Shown here piece after piece: positions 51,591 to 63,121 of a stretch of DNA of 64,000 bases. The stretch is from Paracoccaceae bacterium (GTDB lineage Bacteria; Pseudomonadota; Alphaproteobacteria; Rhodobacterales; Rhodobacteraceae). The first letter of the stretch is position 1. Each line of letters begins with the position of its first letter. Below the pieces are notes generated by a model. That model was not told the origin of the DNA. It saw only the letters and a list, made by a program, of their open reading frames with translations, and ran no database searches. Location of the stretch: NCBI GenBank assembly GCA_050633545.1, contig JBOEGS010000006.1:251926-315925 (forward strand). Direction: 5' to 3'. Both the position numbers and the translations under genes were made by a program.

Positions 51591-52505
51591 ATGCTGGCGC
51601 TGATTGCAGGGCGCGGGAACCTTCCCGCCGAGATCATCGCCTCGCAAGAGGCGCAGGGCCTGCCGCGCCCGATGGTCTGTGCGCTGGCGGGGCACCTCCC
51701 TGACGGGGCGGCGCCGGACCTGAGTTTCCGGATCGAGCATCTTGGATCGCTTTTGATCCGTCTGGGCGAGGCGGGGGTGACCGATGTCTGCCTGTGCGGG
51801 GCGATTGACCGGCCGGTGATTGATCCCGCAGCCTTGGATCGGGACACTTTGCCGCTTGTGCCGTTGTTCCAAGAGGCTTTGGCCAAGGGCGATGACGGCG
51901 CGCTGCGGGTGGTGATGCAGATTTTCGAGCAAACCGGATTCACCATTCGCGGCGCGGATGAATTGGTCGCGGATCTGACGCAGCCCGCAGGATGCCCGAC
52001 GAAAACACAACCTGATGCGCGCCACCGCAGCGATGCCAGACTCGGACAGCAGACTATTGCCGAAATGGGCGCGGCGGATGTCGGCCAAGCCTGCGTGATC
52101 CGCGACGGTGTGGTGTTGGCGCGCGAAGACGATAGCGGCACGGACGCGATGTTGGCGCAGTTTCACGACGATTATGACGCGCCTTTCGCAGATGCCGATC
52201 CGCTGAGCGCTGCGGTCGAATGGTTGGCCGAGACTGTATCGGCTTGGGTCAAGGGCGCGAAACAAGCAAGAGGGTCGGCCAAGGCCGCGCCAGGTGCGGT
52301 GCTGTTTAAAGCGCCAAAACCGGATCAGGACCGCCGCGCAGATTTGCCCACAATTGGCCCTGCGACGGCAATGCACGCCGCCGAGGGCGGGTTTGACGGG
52401 ATCATCATCGAGGCGGGCGGTGTGATGGTCTTGGACTTGCCGCGTGTGGTGGCGATTTTGGATGCGATGGACATGTTCCTATGGATCAGGGAGCGCGGCG
52501 CGTGA
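51591..52505 (+). CDS. lpxI: UDP-2,3-diacylglucosamine diphosphatase LpxI
   Basis: LIAGRGNLP, GDD, DVGQA, GTDAML and KPDQDRRADLPTIGP motifs; between lpxA and lpxB. Confidence 0.9.
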   Translation: MLALIAGRGNLPAEIIASQEAQGLPRPMVCALAGHLPDGAAPDLSFRIEHLGSLLIRLGEAGVTDVCLCGAIDRPVIDPAALDRDTLPLVPLFQEALAKGDDGALRVVMQIFEQTGFTIRGADELVADLTQPAGCPTKTQPDARHRSDARLGQQTIAEMGAADVGQACVIRDGVVLAREDDSGTDAMLAQFHDDYDAPFADADPLSAAVEWLAETVSAWVKGAKQARGSAKAAPGAVLFKAPKPDQDRRADLPTIGPATAMHAAEGGFDGIIIEAGGVMVLDLPRVVAILDAMDMFLWIRERGA

Positions 52506-53659
52506 GGGTTTTCATCATCGCGGGCGAAGCCTCGGGCGACAAGCTGGGCGCGGCTTTGATGGAGGGACTGCAAAGCTTGCAAAGTGGTGTGACCTTTCAA
52601 GGCGTTGGCGGGCCATTGATGGAAAGCAAAGGCTTGCAAAGCCGGTTTCCCATGGACGAGCTTTCGGTCATGGGGATTGCGGAAATCCTGCCCAAATACC
52701 GCCACTTGATGCGCCGGATCAACGAGACCGCCGAGGCGGTGATCGCGGCCAATCCCGATGTTCTGATCACCATCGACAGCCCCGATTTTTCCCTGCGCGT
52801 GGCGCGGCGGGTCAAGGCGCGCACCTCTATCCGCACGGTGCATTATGTCGCGCCGACGGTTTGGGCGTGGCGCGCGGGGCGGGCGGCGAAGATGGCCGAG
52901 GTCATCGATCATGTTCTGGCGCTGTTTCCCTTCGAGCCGCCCTATATGACCGCAGCGGGAATGGAATGCGATTTCGTCGGCCATCCGGTTGTCGCCGAAC
53001 CGGTCGCGGCGCAGGCCGAGGCCGAGGCGTTTCGCGCCGCTCATGCGATGGGGGATGCGCCGATGATGCTCGTCTTGCCCGGATCGCGGCGCGGCGAGGT
53101 GGGGCGTTTGGCGCCGGTCTTTGGTGCGGCGCTCAAGCCGGTCTTGGCCGCGCATCCCGATATGCGGGTGGTGGTGCCGACCACGGGCAATGTGACCGAA
53201 GTGGTGCGCGCGGCGGTGCGAGATTGGCCTGTGGAGCCTGTGATCCTGTCGCCCCACGGCAAGAGCCCCGAGGACTACGGCACGATGAAACGCGCCGCCT
53301 TCAAGGCCGCCGATATGGCGCTGGCGGCTTCGGGGACGGTGTCGCTTGAACTGGCCGCTGCCGATACGCCGATGGTTATCGCCTATGATATGAGCTGGCT
53401 GAGCCGGATCATCATCAGCCGTATGCTCAAGATCGACACCGTGACCTTGGTCAGCCTCGTGTCGGATACGCGGATCATCCCCGAATTTATCGGCAATAAC
53501 TGTGATCCCGCCAAAATCGCCCCCGCCATCGAGGCGGTTCTGGCCCATCCCGAGGCGCAGCGCGCGGCGATGGCCGTGACGATGGAGCGTTTGGGCAAGG
53601 GCGGCGAGGCACCGGGAGTGCGGGCGGCGCGGGCGGTTATGCGCGGATTGGATCGGTAA
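52502..53659 (+). CDS. lpxB: Lipid-A-disaccharide synthase
   Basis: IAGEASGD, IDSPDF, FVGHP, LPGSR and ASGTVSLE motifs; GTGA overlap with lpxI. Confidence 0.96.
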   Translation: MRVFIIAGEASGDKLGAALMEGLQSLQSGVTFQGVGGPLMESKGLQSRFPMDELSVMGIAEILPKYRHLMRRINETAEAVIAANPDVLITIDSPDFSLRVARRVKARTSIRTVHYVAPTVWAWRAGRAAKMAEVIDHVLALFPFEPPYMTAAGMECDFVGHPVVAEPVAAQAEAEAFRAAHAMGDAPMMLVLPGSRRGEVGRLAPVFGAALKPVLAAHPDMRVVVPTTGNVTEVVRAAVRDWPVEPVILSPHGKSPEDYGTMKRAAFKAADMALAASGTVSLELAAADTPMVIAYDMSWLSRIIISRMLKIDTVTLVSLVSDTRIIPEFIGNNCDPAKIAPAIEAVLAHPEAQRAAMAVTMERLGKGGEAPGVRAARAVMRGLDR

Positions 53660-53668
53660 AGCGGCGGT

Positions 53669-54814
53669 TCAATATCCGCGCCAGATCCAGCCGCCGCCAA
53701 AGATGCGCGGGCTATCGGGATCGTAGAACACGCAAGCCTGCCCCGGCGAGACGCCTTCTTCGGGGGTGAGCAGTTCCACCTCGGCTTCGGTCGCGGAAAT
53801 CGGGCGCAAGATTGCAGGGCGCGGCGGACGGGTCGATCGCACCCGCACGGTAATTTCGCGCTCTTTCATATCCATCAAATTGCCCTCGCCGATCCAGTTG
53901 ATCTCGCGCACCGGAATGGTGCGGGTCGAGAGCAATTCTTTCGGCCCGACGATAACGTGTTTTTTGTCCACATCCAGCCGCACCACATAGAGCGGATCGG
54001 CCAGACCGCCGATGCCGAGGCCGCGGCGTTGCCCGATGGTGTAATGGATGACGCCATTATGCGTGCCCAAGATATTGCCGTCGGTATCGACGATATCACC
54101 GGCCTCTGCCGCACCAGGGCGCAGTTTTTCGATCACCGAGGCGTAATTGCCGTTGGGGACAAAGCAGATGTCCTGACTGTCGGGTTTGTCGGCCACGGCC
54201 AGCCCGTATTTCGCCGCCAAGGCGCGGGTGGCGTCCTTGGAGGGCAGATGCCCGAGCGGGAAGCGCAGATAATCCAGTTGCTCGGCGGTGGTGGAGAACA
54301 GGAAATAGCTTTGATCGCGGTTCGCATCGGCGGCGGAGTGCAGCTCTGGTCCCCGATCGCCCATGACGCGTTGGATATAATGCCCCGTGGCCATGCAATC
54401 GGCATCCAGATCCTTGGCGGTCTCCAGCAGATCCTTGAATTTCACCCGCTCGTTGCAGCGGATGCAGGGGACGGGCGTGGCGCCCGCAAGGTAGCTGTCG
54501 GCGAATTCGTCAATTACCGCGTCTTGGAAAATGTTTTCATAATCCAGAACGTAATGGGGAAATCCCATTTCTTCGGCCACGCGGCGCGCGTCATGGATAT
54601 CCACACCGGCGCAGCAGGCGCCTTTTTTGGCCAAGGCCGCGCCGTGATCGTAAAGCTGCAAGGTGACGCCCACCACGTCATAGCCTTCCTCGGCCAGCAT
54701 TGCGGCGACGACAGAGCTGTCGACGCCGCCGGACATGGCCACGACCACGCGGGTTTCGCTGGGCGGTTTGGCAAAGCCGAGCGAGTTCAATGCAGGCGTG
54801 TCATCAAGGGCCAT
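53669..54814 (-). CDS. mnmA: tRNA 2-thiouridylase
   Basis: [26 protein letters not shown] and TIGQRRGL motifs. Confidence 0.97.
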   Translation of the reverse strand: MALDDTPALNSLGFAKPPSETRVVVAMSGGVDSSVVAAMLAEEGYDVVGVTLQLYDHGAALAKKGACCAGVDIHDARRVAEEMGFPHYVLDYENIFQDAVIDEFADSYLAGATPVPCIRCNERVKFKDLLETAKDLDADCMATGHYIQRVMGDRGPELHSAADANRDQSYFLFSTTAEQLDYLRFPLGHLPSKDATRALAAKYGLAVADKPDSQDICFVPNGNYASVIEKLRPGAAEAGDIVDTDGNILGTHNGVIHYTIGQRRGLGIGGLADPLYVVRLDVDKKHVIVGPKELLSTRTIPVREINWIGEGNLMDMKEREITVRVRSTRPPRPAILRPISATEAEVELLTPEEGVSPGQACVFYDPDSPRIFGGGWIWRGY

Positions 54815-54913
54815 GACGGTGTCTCCGAAGGGGCAGAAGCGCGGCGGCGGGGCGAAACCCTCGCCAATGTCTTACAGAATATAGGAAAATGCGAACTACT
54901 CACAAGGTTACGT

Positions 54914-54929
54914 TTCACCCCCCATTAAC
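54914..54929 (+). promoter_or_regulatory. CtrA box upstream of sciP
   Basis: TTCA-CCCCCCA-TTAAC, one mismatch to TTAA-N7-TTAAC. Confidence 0.65.
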
Positions 54930-54973
54930 TGGCCTATGGCTAGGTTCAGCGCATGGAACGAGGGTTGAGTGCC

Positions 54974-55252
54974 ATGTATCTGAAGAAAGTCGACGGGCCA
55001 AGGGCCGTAACACTGAGCGACGGAACCGTGATGACGCGGGCCGATCTGCCGCCCGAAACAACGCGCCGCTGGGTTGCGTCACGCAAAGCCGCGGTTGTGC
55101 GCGGCGTTGTCTACGGATTAATATCGCAAGACGAAGCCTTGGCGCGCTACAGCCTGTCGGCGGACGAGTTTCGCGAATGGCTCTCTGCGGTCACCGAATA
55201 CGGCGAAGACGCGCTTAAGGCGACCCAAGTGCAAAAATATCGACAACTTTAG
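54974..55252 (+). CDS. sciP: CtrA inhibitor SciP (DUF1153)
   Basis: ADLPP..TRRWVASRKAAVV motif; mnmA-sciP-ctrA synteny. Confidence 0.92.
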   Translation: MYLKKVDGPRAVTLSDGTVMTRADLPPETTRRWVASRKAAVVRGVVYGLISQDEALARYSLSADEFREWLSAVTEYGEDALKATQVQKYRQL

Positions 55253-55279
55253 GTTGTTTGTGCTAAAACATCTCTGTTG

Positions 55280-55314
55280 GTAACCTGTAGTTAACTAATT
55301 TCTTACACGGTTAA
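55280..55314 (+). promoter_or_regulatory. CtrA autoregulatory sites in the AT-rich ctrA promoter
   Basis: GTAA-CCTGTAG-TTAAC (55280-55295) plus GGTTAA half-site at about 55309. Confidence 0.65.
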
Positions 55315-55353
55315 TTTTAGTGAAAATCTAGAATAATAGCGGAGAAACGACCC

Positions 55354-56070
55354 ATGCGCGTGCTTTTGGTGGAAGACGACCCCACAACCTCGAAAAGTAT
55401 CGAGCTTATGCTGACCCATGCCAACCTGAACGTTTACACAACGGATTTGGGCGAAGAAGGCATCGATCTGGCCAAGCTCTATGATTATGACCTCATCCTT
55501 CTGGATCTCGGATTGCCCGATATGAACGGGCATGAGGTGTTGCGGCAGCTGCGGCTGGCGCGTGTCGATACGCCGATCCTGATCCTGTCGGGTGCGGACG
55601 ATACGGAAAACAAAATTAAGGGCTTCGGTTTCGGCGCGGATGACTATCTGACCAAACCTTTCCACCGCGAAGAATTGGTGGCGCGCATCCATGCGATCAT
55701 CCGCCGCTCTAAAGGCCATTCGCAATCGGTCATCAAGACCGGTAAAATCGCGGTCAATCTGGATGCGAAATCTGTCGATGTGGCGGGCAAATCCGTGCAT
55801 CTGACCGGCAAGGAATACCAGATGCTTGAACTGTTGTCGCTGCGCAAGGGCACGACATTGACCAAGGAAATGTTCCTCAACCACCTCTATGGCGGTATGG
55901 ACGAGCCGGAACTCAAGATCATCGACGTGTTCATTTGCAAGCTGCGCAAGAAGCTCAGCACCGCAACCGGCGGCGACAATTACATCGAAACGGTTTGGGG
56001 GCGCGGCTATGTCTTGCGTGATCCGGAGCCGAACGAGATCGACGATCAGCGGATCGCTATGGGAGCGTGA
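55354..56070 (+). CDS. ctrA: Cell-cycle/GTA master response regulator CtrA
   Basis: MRVLLVEDD..., [17 protein letters not shown] and [24 protein letters not shown] motifs. Confidence 0.98.
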   Translation: MRVLLVEDDPTTSKSIELMLTHANLNVYTTDLGEEGIDLAKLYDYDLILLDLGLPDMNGHEVLRQLRLARVDTPILILSGADDTENKIKGFGFGADDYLTKPFHREELVARIHAIIRRSKGHSQSVIKTGKIAVNLDAKSVDVAGKSVHLTGKEYQMLELLSLRKGTTLTKEMFLNHLYGGMDEPELKIIDVFICKLRKKLSTATGGDNYIETVWGRGYVLRDPEPNEIDDQRIAMGA

Positions 56071-56236
56071 CGCCGCACGGCTTTGTCTGATGTAGGGGTC
56101 AAGGCAAAGCTATGGGAAAAGAAGGCGACCGGCCGCTGGGCGCCGTTTTTCCGCAAAGGTTTGAAGACGGTCTGTGTCCTTTGGATGCGGGCCGTTTTCT
56201 TTTTCAGTGCCACCGAGACAGAGCAAAACGCGGTGA

Positions 56237-58444
<2,208 letters not shown>

Positions 58445-58451
58445 GGCAGGT

Positions 58452-60542
58452 ATGAGCGGCAGACCCGAAGCGCTTTTCCCGCTTTTTGCGGAGCTGACCA
58501 CGCTGGAGGGCGTCGGGCCGAAGATCGCGCAAAATTTTGCCAATATGCATGTAGAGCGTCCGCGTGATCTGCTGCTGACCTTGCCGCATTCAGGTATTGA
58601 CCGGCGCGTGAAGGACACGGTGCAAGGGGCTGATTTGCCTGCGCATTTGACGGTTGAGGTCTTGGTCGGGCAACACCGTCCCCCGCGTAATCGCGGCGGT
58701 GCCTACCGGATCAATGTCGAAGACAGCGAAGGCGCGTTTCAATTGGTGTTTTTCCACGCCAATGATCGCTATTTGAACGCGCATTTGCCCGAAGGATCGC
58801 GCCGCGTGGTGTCGGGCAAGGTCGAATTGTTCGACGGGATCGCCAATATGGTCCACCCCGAATATATGCTGCCCGTCGAAGAGGCGGGCGCGATCCCTGC
58901 GTTCGAGCCGGTCTATCCGCTCACGGCGGGGGTGACGCGGGCGGTGATGCTCAAGGCCGCGGCCTCGGCCCTGTCCAAAGCGCCCCAATTGGCCGAATGG
59001 ATCGATCCCGCGCAAAAGCGGGTGGAAAAATGGCCCGATTGGCGCGCCGCGCTCGAGGCCGCGCACCATCCGCAAAAGGCGCAGGAACTGGCGGCGACGG
59101 CCCCTGCGCGGGCGCGATTGGCCTATGACGAGTTTATGGCGCATCAACTGACCTTGGGTCTGGCGCGGGCCAAAATGCGCAGGGGTAAAGGCGTGGTGTC
59201 GCAAGGGACGGGGCGTTTGCAATCGCGGGTGCTTGCGGCGCTGCCCTATCGGCCCACGGGGGCGCAAAGCCGCACGATCGAAGAGATCAGCCATGACATG
59301 GCGCAGCCCTTGAAAATGAACCGGCTTTTGCAAGGCGATGTGGGGGCGGGCAAAACATTGGTCGCCTTTATGGCGCTGTTGGTCGCCGTCGAAGCGGGCG
59401 GGCAGGGTGTGATGATGGCGCCGACGGAAATCCTTGCGCGTCAACACCTTGAGGGGCTGCGCCCCTTGGCCGAAAGCGCGGGCGTGGTGGTGGAAATCCT
59501 GACAGGCCGCGACAAATCGGGCGAGCGGCGCGCCAAGCTCGAGGCCTTGGAGTCTGGCAAGATCGACATTTTGGTCGGCACCCATGCGGTGTTTCAAAAG
59601 GATGTCGAATTTGCCGATCTGCGGCTTGCAGTGGTGGATGAGCAGCATCGTTTTGGCGTGCGCCAGAGGTTGGAGCTTGGCCGTAAGGGCGCGGGGGTGG
59701 ATGTTCTGGTGATGACCGCCACGCCGATCCCGCGCAGCCTCGCCTTGGCGCAATATGGCGATATGGATGTCTCGGTGCTTGATGAAAAACCCCCGGGGCG
59801 AAAACCGATCAAAACCGCGATGATATCGATGGGGCGGATGGAGGAGGTGGTCGATCACCTGCGCCGCGCCATTGCCGAAGGACGCCAATGCTATTGGGTC
59901 TGCCCTTTGGTCGAAGAAAGCGAGGTCGTGGACCTGTCGAGCGCCGAGGAACGGTTCAAAACCCTGCGTGCGGCGCTTGGCGAAGGGGTGGTCGGGTTGG
60001 TGCACGGGCAATTGCCACCCGACGAAAAAGACGCCGCCATGCGCGCGTTTCAAAAGAGCGAAACTGCGGTTCTGGTGGCGACGACGGTGATCGAAGTCGG
60101 CGTCGATGTGCCAAATGCCACGATCATAGTGATCGAGCGGGCCGAAAGCTTTGGTCTTGCGCAGCTCCACCAATTGCGCGGGCGGGTCGGGCGCGGCGAT
60201 GCGGCGTCGACCTGCTTGATGCTCTATCAATCCCCGCTCAGCGAGGCCGGAGAGCGGCGGCTGACAACTTTGCGCGAAAGCGAGGACGGGTTTCGCATCG
60301 CCGAGGTGGATCTGGAAATGCGCGGGGCGGGGGATCTGATCGGCACGGCGCAATCTGGGCTGCCAAGGTTCCGCGTCGCCGATGTCGAGGCGCAGGCGGG
60401 GTTGATGGCCACGGCACAAAGTGACGCGCGCAAGCTCTTGGCCGAGGATCCGGACCTGACCTCGCCGCGCGGACAGGCGGCGCGGGTGCTTTTGTGGCTC
60501 ATGGGGCAGGATGAGGCAATCCGTTTGATATCAGTGGGTTAA
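58452..60542 (+). CDS. recG: ATP-dependent DNA helicase RecG
   Basis: RLLQGDVGAGKT, DEQHRFG, MTATPIPRSL and QLHQLRGRVGRG motifs. Confidence 0.98.
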   Translation: MSGRPEALFPLFAELTTLEGVGPKIAQNFANMHVERPRDLLLTLPHSGIDRRVKDTVQGADLPAHLTVEVLVGQHRPPRNRGGAYRINVEDSEGAFQLVFFHANDRYLNAHLPEGSRRVVSGKVELFDGIANMVHPEYMLPVEEAGAIPAFEPVYPLTAGVTRAVMLKAAASALSKAPQLAEWIDPAQKRVEKWPDWRAALEAAHHPQKAQELAATAPARARLAYDEFMAHQLTLGLARAKMRRGKGVVSQGTGRLQSRVLAALPYRPTGAQSRTIEEISHDMAQPLKMNRLLQGDVGAGKTLVAFMALLVAVEAGGQGVMMAPTEILARQHLEGLRPLAESAGVVVEILTGRDKSGERRAKLEALESGKIDILVGTHAVFQKDVEFADLRLAVVDEQHRFGVRQRLELGRKGAGVDVLVMTATPIPRSLALAQYGDMDVSVLDEKPPGRKPIKTAMISMGRMEEVVDHLRRAIAEGRQCYWVCPLVEESEVVDLSSAEERFKTLRAALGEGVVGLVHGQLPPDEKDAAMRAFQKSETAVLVATTVIEVGVDVPNATIIVIERAESFGLAQLHQLRGRVGRGDAASTCLMLYQSPLSEAGERRLTTLRESEDGFRIAEVDLEMRGAGDLIGTAQSGLPRFRVADVEAQAGLMATAQSDARKLLAEDPDLTSPRGQAARVLLWLMGQDEAIRLISVG

Positions 60543-60581
60543 GGCATTTTTCCGCCAAGGATCCGATTTCGAAACAGATTT

Positions 60582-60644
60582 GTTCTCAAATGTTCTCAAA
60601 AAGTTCTTTACTTTGATTGAAATTAATGAGAACAAAGGCGCAAC
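60582..60644 (+). promoter_or_regulatory. LexA (SOS) boxes upstream of a small ORF
   Basis: GTTC-TCAAAAA-GTTC exact at 60592-60606, extra GTTC at 60582, and GAAC-AAAGGCG-CAAC at 60630-60644. Confidence 0.8.
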
Positions 60645-60687
60645 GAAGCGGCCCGCATGAGAGCGCCGCAGATCAGGAGGCACCAAA

Positions 60688-60810
60688 ATGTTTGCTCAGA
60701 TTAAAACCGTTGTTGCACGCTCGCCCGAAACCTTGCTGCAAGACGCCGTCGGCGCTGCGGCGCTTTTGGTCATGCTGGTTGTCGGATTGCATTTGCCGGG
60801 TCTGATTTGA
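60688..60810 (+). CDS. 40-aa hydrophobic small protein, putatively SOS-induced
   Basis: CAGGAGG RBS 7 nt before ATG; MFAQIKTVVARSPETLLQDAVGAAALLVMLVVGLHLPGLI*. Confidence 0.78.
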   Translation: MFAQIKTVVARSPETLLQDAVGAAALLVMLVVGLHLPGLI

Positions 60811-60875
60811 TCCCTGCCATTGGTGAAGCGGGCGGCGGATGTCGCTGCTTTGCGCGGATTTCTCGGTTCTGACAT

Positions 60876-60901
60876 GGAACTGTTACAGCATTAGAGGAGT
60901 T
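60876..60901 (+). promoter_or_regulatory. EcfG/sigmaT-like promoter motif
   Basis: GGAAC-N16-GAGTT, similar to the GGAAC-N16/17-(g)CGTT general-stress consensus. Confidence 0.45.
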
Positions 60902-60907
60902 ATAGAG

Positions 60908-61076
60908 TTACCTGCCTGCGTCTTTCGCTGCCTGCGCGTCTCATCCCCATTCGACGCGTTATTTTGGCCGATCTGTCCCTCGGTCCTCGGAGGTTGCCTA
61001 ATCCCTCCGCCGGTTTCGCGAATATCCAGACGCGTACTTACCGCCGCTTGCCTGCCAGCAAGCGGCGGTTTTTTTT
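60908..61076 (+). ncRNA. Candidate sRNA with serial hairpins and pyrimidine-rich loops
   Basis: Stems cgcgtc/gacgcg (loop tcatccccattc), ggccga/tcggtc (loop tctgtccc) and cggagg/cctccg (loop ttgcctaatc), then a strong terminator. 5' end inferred. Confidence 0.5.
61040..61076 (+). terminator. Strong Rho-independent terminator
   Basis: accgccgcttgc-ctgcca-gcaagcggcggt-ttttttt. Confidence 0.88.
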
Positions 61077-61078
61077 GA

Positions 61079-62494
61079 TCAGAATTTATAGGCCAATCGC
61101 AGACCGCCCCAATGGCGCCCGTTGATTGTAATCGGAGCGGAGAGGTCTTTCATCATCACGAAATTGCCGCCGCCCATATCGCGGCGATAGACCTGCAGCA
61201 AAAACGGCTGCGTGTTGCGGCCCGCCTTGAGGCCGACGCGATCGTCAAAGATGCGGCGATTGCGGCAGTTGGCCATGTTCCATTCCGGATCGGTGCTTGG
61301 CGGCTGCGAGAATTTCTTGTTGTGGGTCGGCAGATAGCCGTTGCGATCCACCGCCGCACAAAACACCACGCGGCTGTCGATCTTGGTTGCGGGTTCTTGC
61401 AAGGCGGGAAGCAGTTGATCGGTCAGGCGCAAGAAGCGGGTTGTATATTGCACCGGATCGCTGCCCTCTATGGGACGGTAATTTTCATCGAACAGATCAC
61501 TCAAAGAGATGCGGCGGCTTTCGACGGCTTTCGTCAGAGCCTGCGAAATTTGTCCCGCAATGTCTTGGACATGCAAGATCATCGGCCCGTCGTCGCTTGA
61601 TCCGCCCATGGCAACGCTGTCTTGGACCATCCGCTCGGAGCGATCGATCAGCTTTTCGACGCGGCTGTGCGCGGTTTTCACGCCTTCGGCGCTGGATTTG
61701 AAGGAGGCATCAATGCTCGCGATGGAAGGGGTAAAGGATTGCACCGCCTCATCGGCGCGCCCCGCTTCGTCGCGGATCACCTCGGTTTGCGTTTGGCTTG
61801 CGGCCACTTGGTCCTTGATTGTGGTCAGGGCGCGATCGGTCGCATCGCCGCGTTCCAGCAATGTGTCGGCCTTGATCGCCGATTGCGACGCCCCCTCGGA
61901 CAGGCGCTGCACCCAATTGGACAGATTGCCGACTGTGCCGGTGATGTCGTTTGCCGCTTTGGAGGTGCTCTGGCTCAGTTCGTTGATCGCATCGGCGACC
62001 ACTGCAAAACCTTTGCCCGCATCGCCGGCGCGGGCGGCTTCGATCTTGGCGTTGATGGCCAGCATATTGACCTGCGCTGCGATGGTTGCGATTTGCTCGT
62101 TCGAGGTTTTCACCTCCTCCAGCATCTCTCGCACCTCTGCGCTATGATCGTTGATTTGCTGCACCCATTGCGCCAGATCGATCGCAAGGTTGCTGGTCTG
62201 TCCGACATATTCGGTCGAATCGCTTACGCTTTTGAGCGTTTCTTGCGCCGATTTGGCGACCATATCGACGGTTGAGAGCACGGCGGTATTGGCCGTTGCA
62301 ACGCGGGCTGATCCGTCTTTGACCGCGCCGAGCGCCTTTAGCTGTGCTTGCGAATCGCATTCCAGCCGATCCAGAAAACCGGCGATATCGACGATCTCGC
62401 GGCCAAGGGTCGAGGCCGTTTGGGACAGGCGCGAAAGCCGGTCTTGTGCCGCTTGGTCCAATGCGGGGAGGGGGAAATCGTGGTCTGGTTTCAT
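61079..62494 (-). CDS. Soluble methyl-accepting chemotaxis protein with C-terminal sensor-like domain
   Basis: [37 protein letters not shown] hairpin tip; no TM helices; C-terminal [10 protein letters not shown]...RNRRIF...HWGGLRLAY domain. Confidence 0.9.
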   Translation of the reverse strand: MKPDHDFPLPALDQAAQDRLSRLSQTASTLGREIVDIAGFLDRLECDSQAQLKALGAVKDGSARVATANTAVLSTVDMVAKSAQETLKSVSDSTEYVGQTSNLAIDLAQWVQQINDHSAEVREMLEEVKTSNEQIATIAAQVNMLAINAKIEAARAGDAGKGFAVVADAINELSQSTSKAANDITGTVGNLSNWVQRLSEGASQSAIKADTLLERGDATDRALTTIKDQVAASQTQTEVIRDEAGRADEAVQSFTPSIASIDASFKSSAEGVKTAHSRVEKLIDRSERMVQDSVAMGGSSDDGPMILHVQDIAGQISQALTKAVESRRISLSDLFDENYRPIEGSDPVQYTTRFLRLTDQLLPALQEPATKIDSRVVFCAAVDRNGYLPTHNKKFSQPPSTDPEWNMANCRNRRIFDDRVGLKAGRNTQPFLLQVYRRDMGGGNFVMMKDLSAPITINGRHWGGLRLAYKF

Positions 62495-62566
62495 CGGGGC
62501 GCCTGTGTGTGATCTGTCACAGGGCTATCCGATATTTCCTCACAGAGCGTTAAGCCGCGCAGCCCG

Positions 62567-63019
62567 TCAGGCGCAATTGCTTTGCAAGGCTTGCTCGAAC
62601 GCCTCCGCCGTGGCGTCCAAAGACAACATGATCGAGGCGTGGCGGTTTTTGTATTCGCGCGCGGGTTCGAGCACGGCGAGCCCGTCAAAAGGCGTCTGGG
62701 GCGGCGCGGCGCCTTCTTTGAGCATGGCGCGCAACTGGCTGCGCGCCGCCTCGATTTCCTCAAGGCTGCGTCCGACCACGGCCGCGCCGACCACCGCCGC
62801 GGCAGCTTGGCCAAGCGCACAGGCTTTGACATCTTGGGCGAAATCGCTGATCCGCCCGTTGTCGACACGTACATCGACGGTGACGGTCGATCCGCATAGG
62901 GGCGCGCGGCGTTTGACCGTCGCCATGGGGGCGTCGAGACGCGCGCTATTGGGGATATTGGCCGCCAGATCGAGGATCTTTGCCGAATAGAGTTTGATCA
63001 GGTCTGTCTCGTCGCTCAT
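62567..63019 (-). CDS. IscU/NifU-N-like Fe-S scaffold family protein
   Basis: LYSAKIL, PLCGSTVTVD and VKACALGQAAA motifs; ATG 63019 chosen within the longer ORF. Confidence 0.85.
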   Translation of the reverse strand: MSDETDLIKLYSAKILDLAANIPNSARLDAPMATVKRRAPLCGSTVTVDVRVDNGRISDFAQDVKACALGQAAAAVVGAAVVGRSLEEIEAARSQLRAMLKEGAAPPQTPFDGLAVLEPAREYKNRHASIMLSLDATAEAFEQALQSNCA

Positions 63020-63121
63020 CACTTGGCCTTTCGTGTCGCGCTGCATGGGCGGCGGCGCTTTTCCTTTGCCGCGTTTCCCCATAGATAGGGGCAGCGCCAC
63101 AAGATGCAAAAGGTTTTCGCC

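Noticed and set aside
60617-61078. Track ORFs 60617-60805 (62 aa) and 60839-61078 (79 aa)
   Set aside because: No RBS and atypical composition. The first overlaps the LexA box and the better-supported 60688 ORF; the second runs through the terminator.
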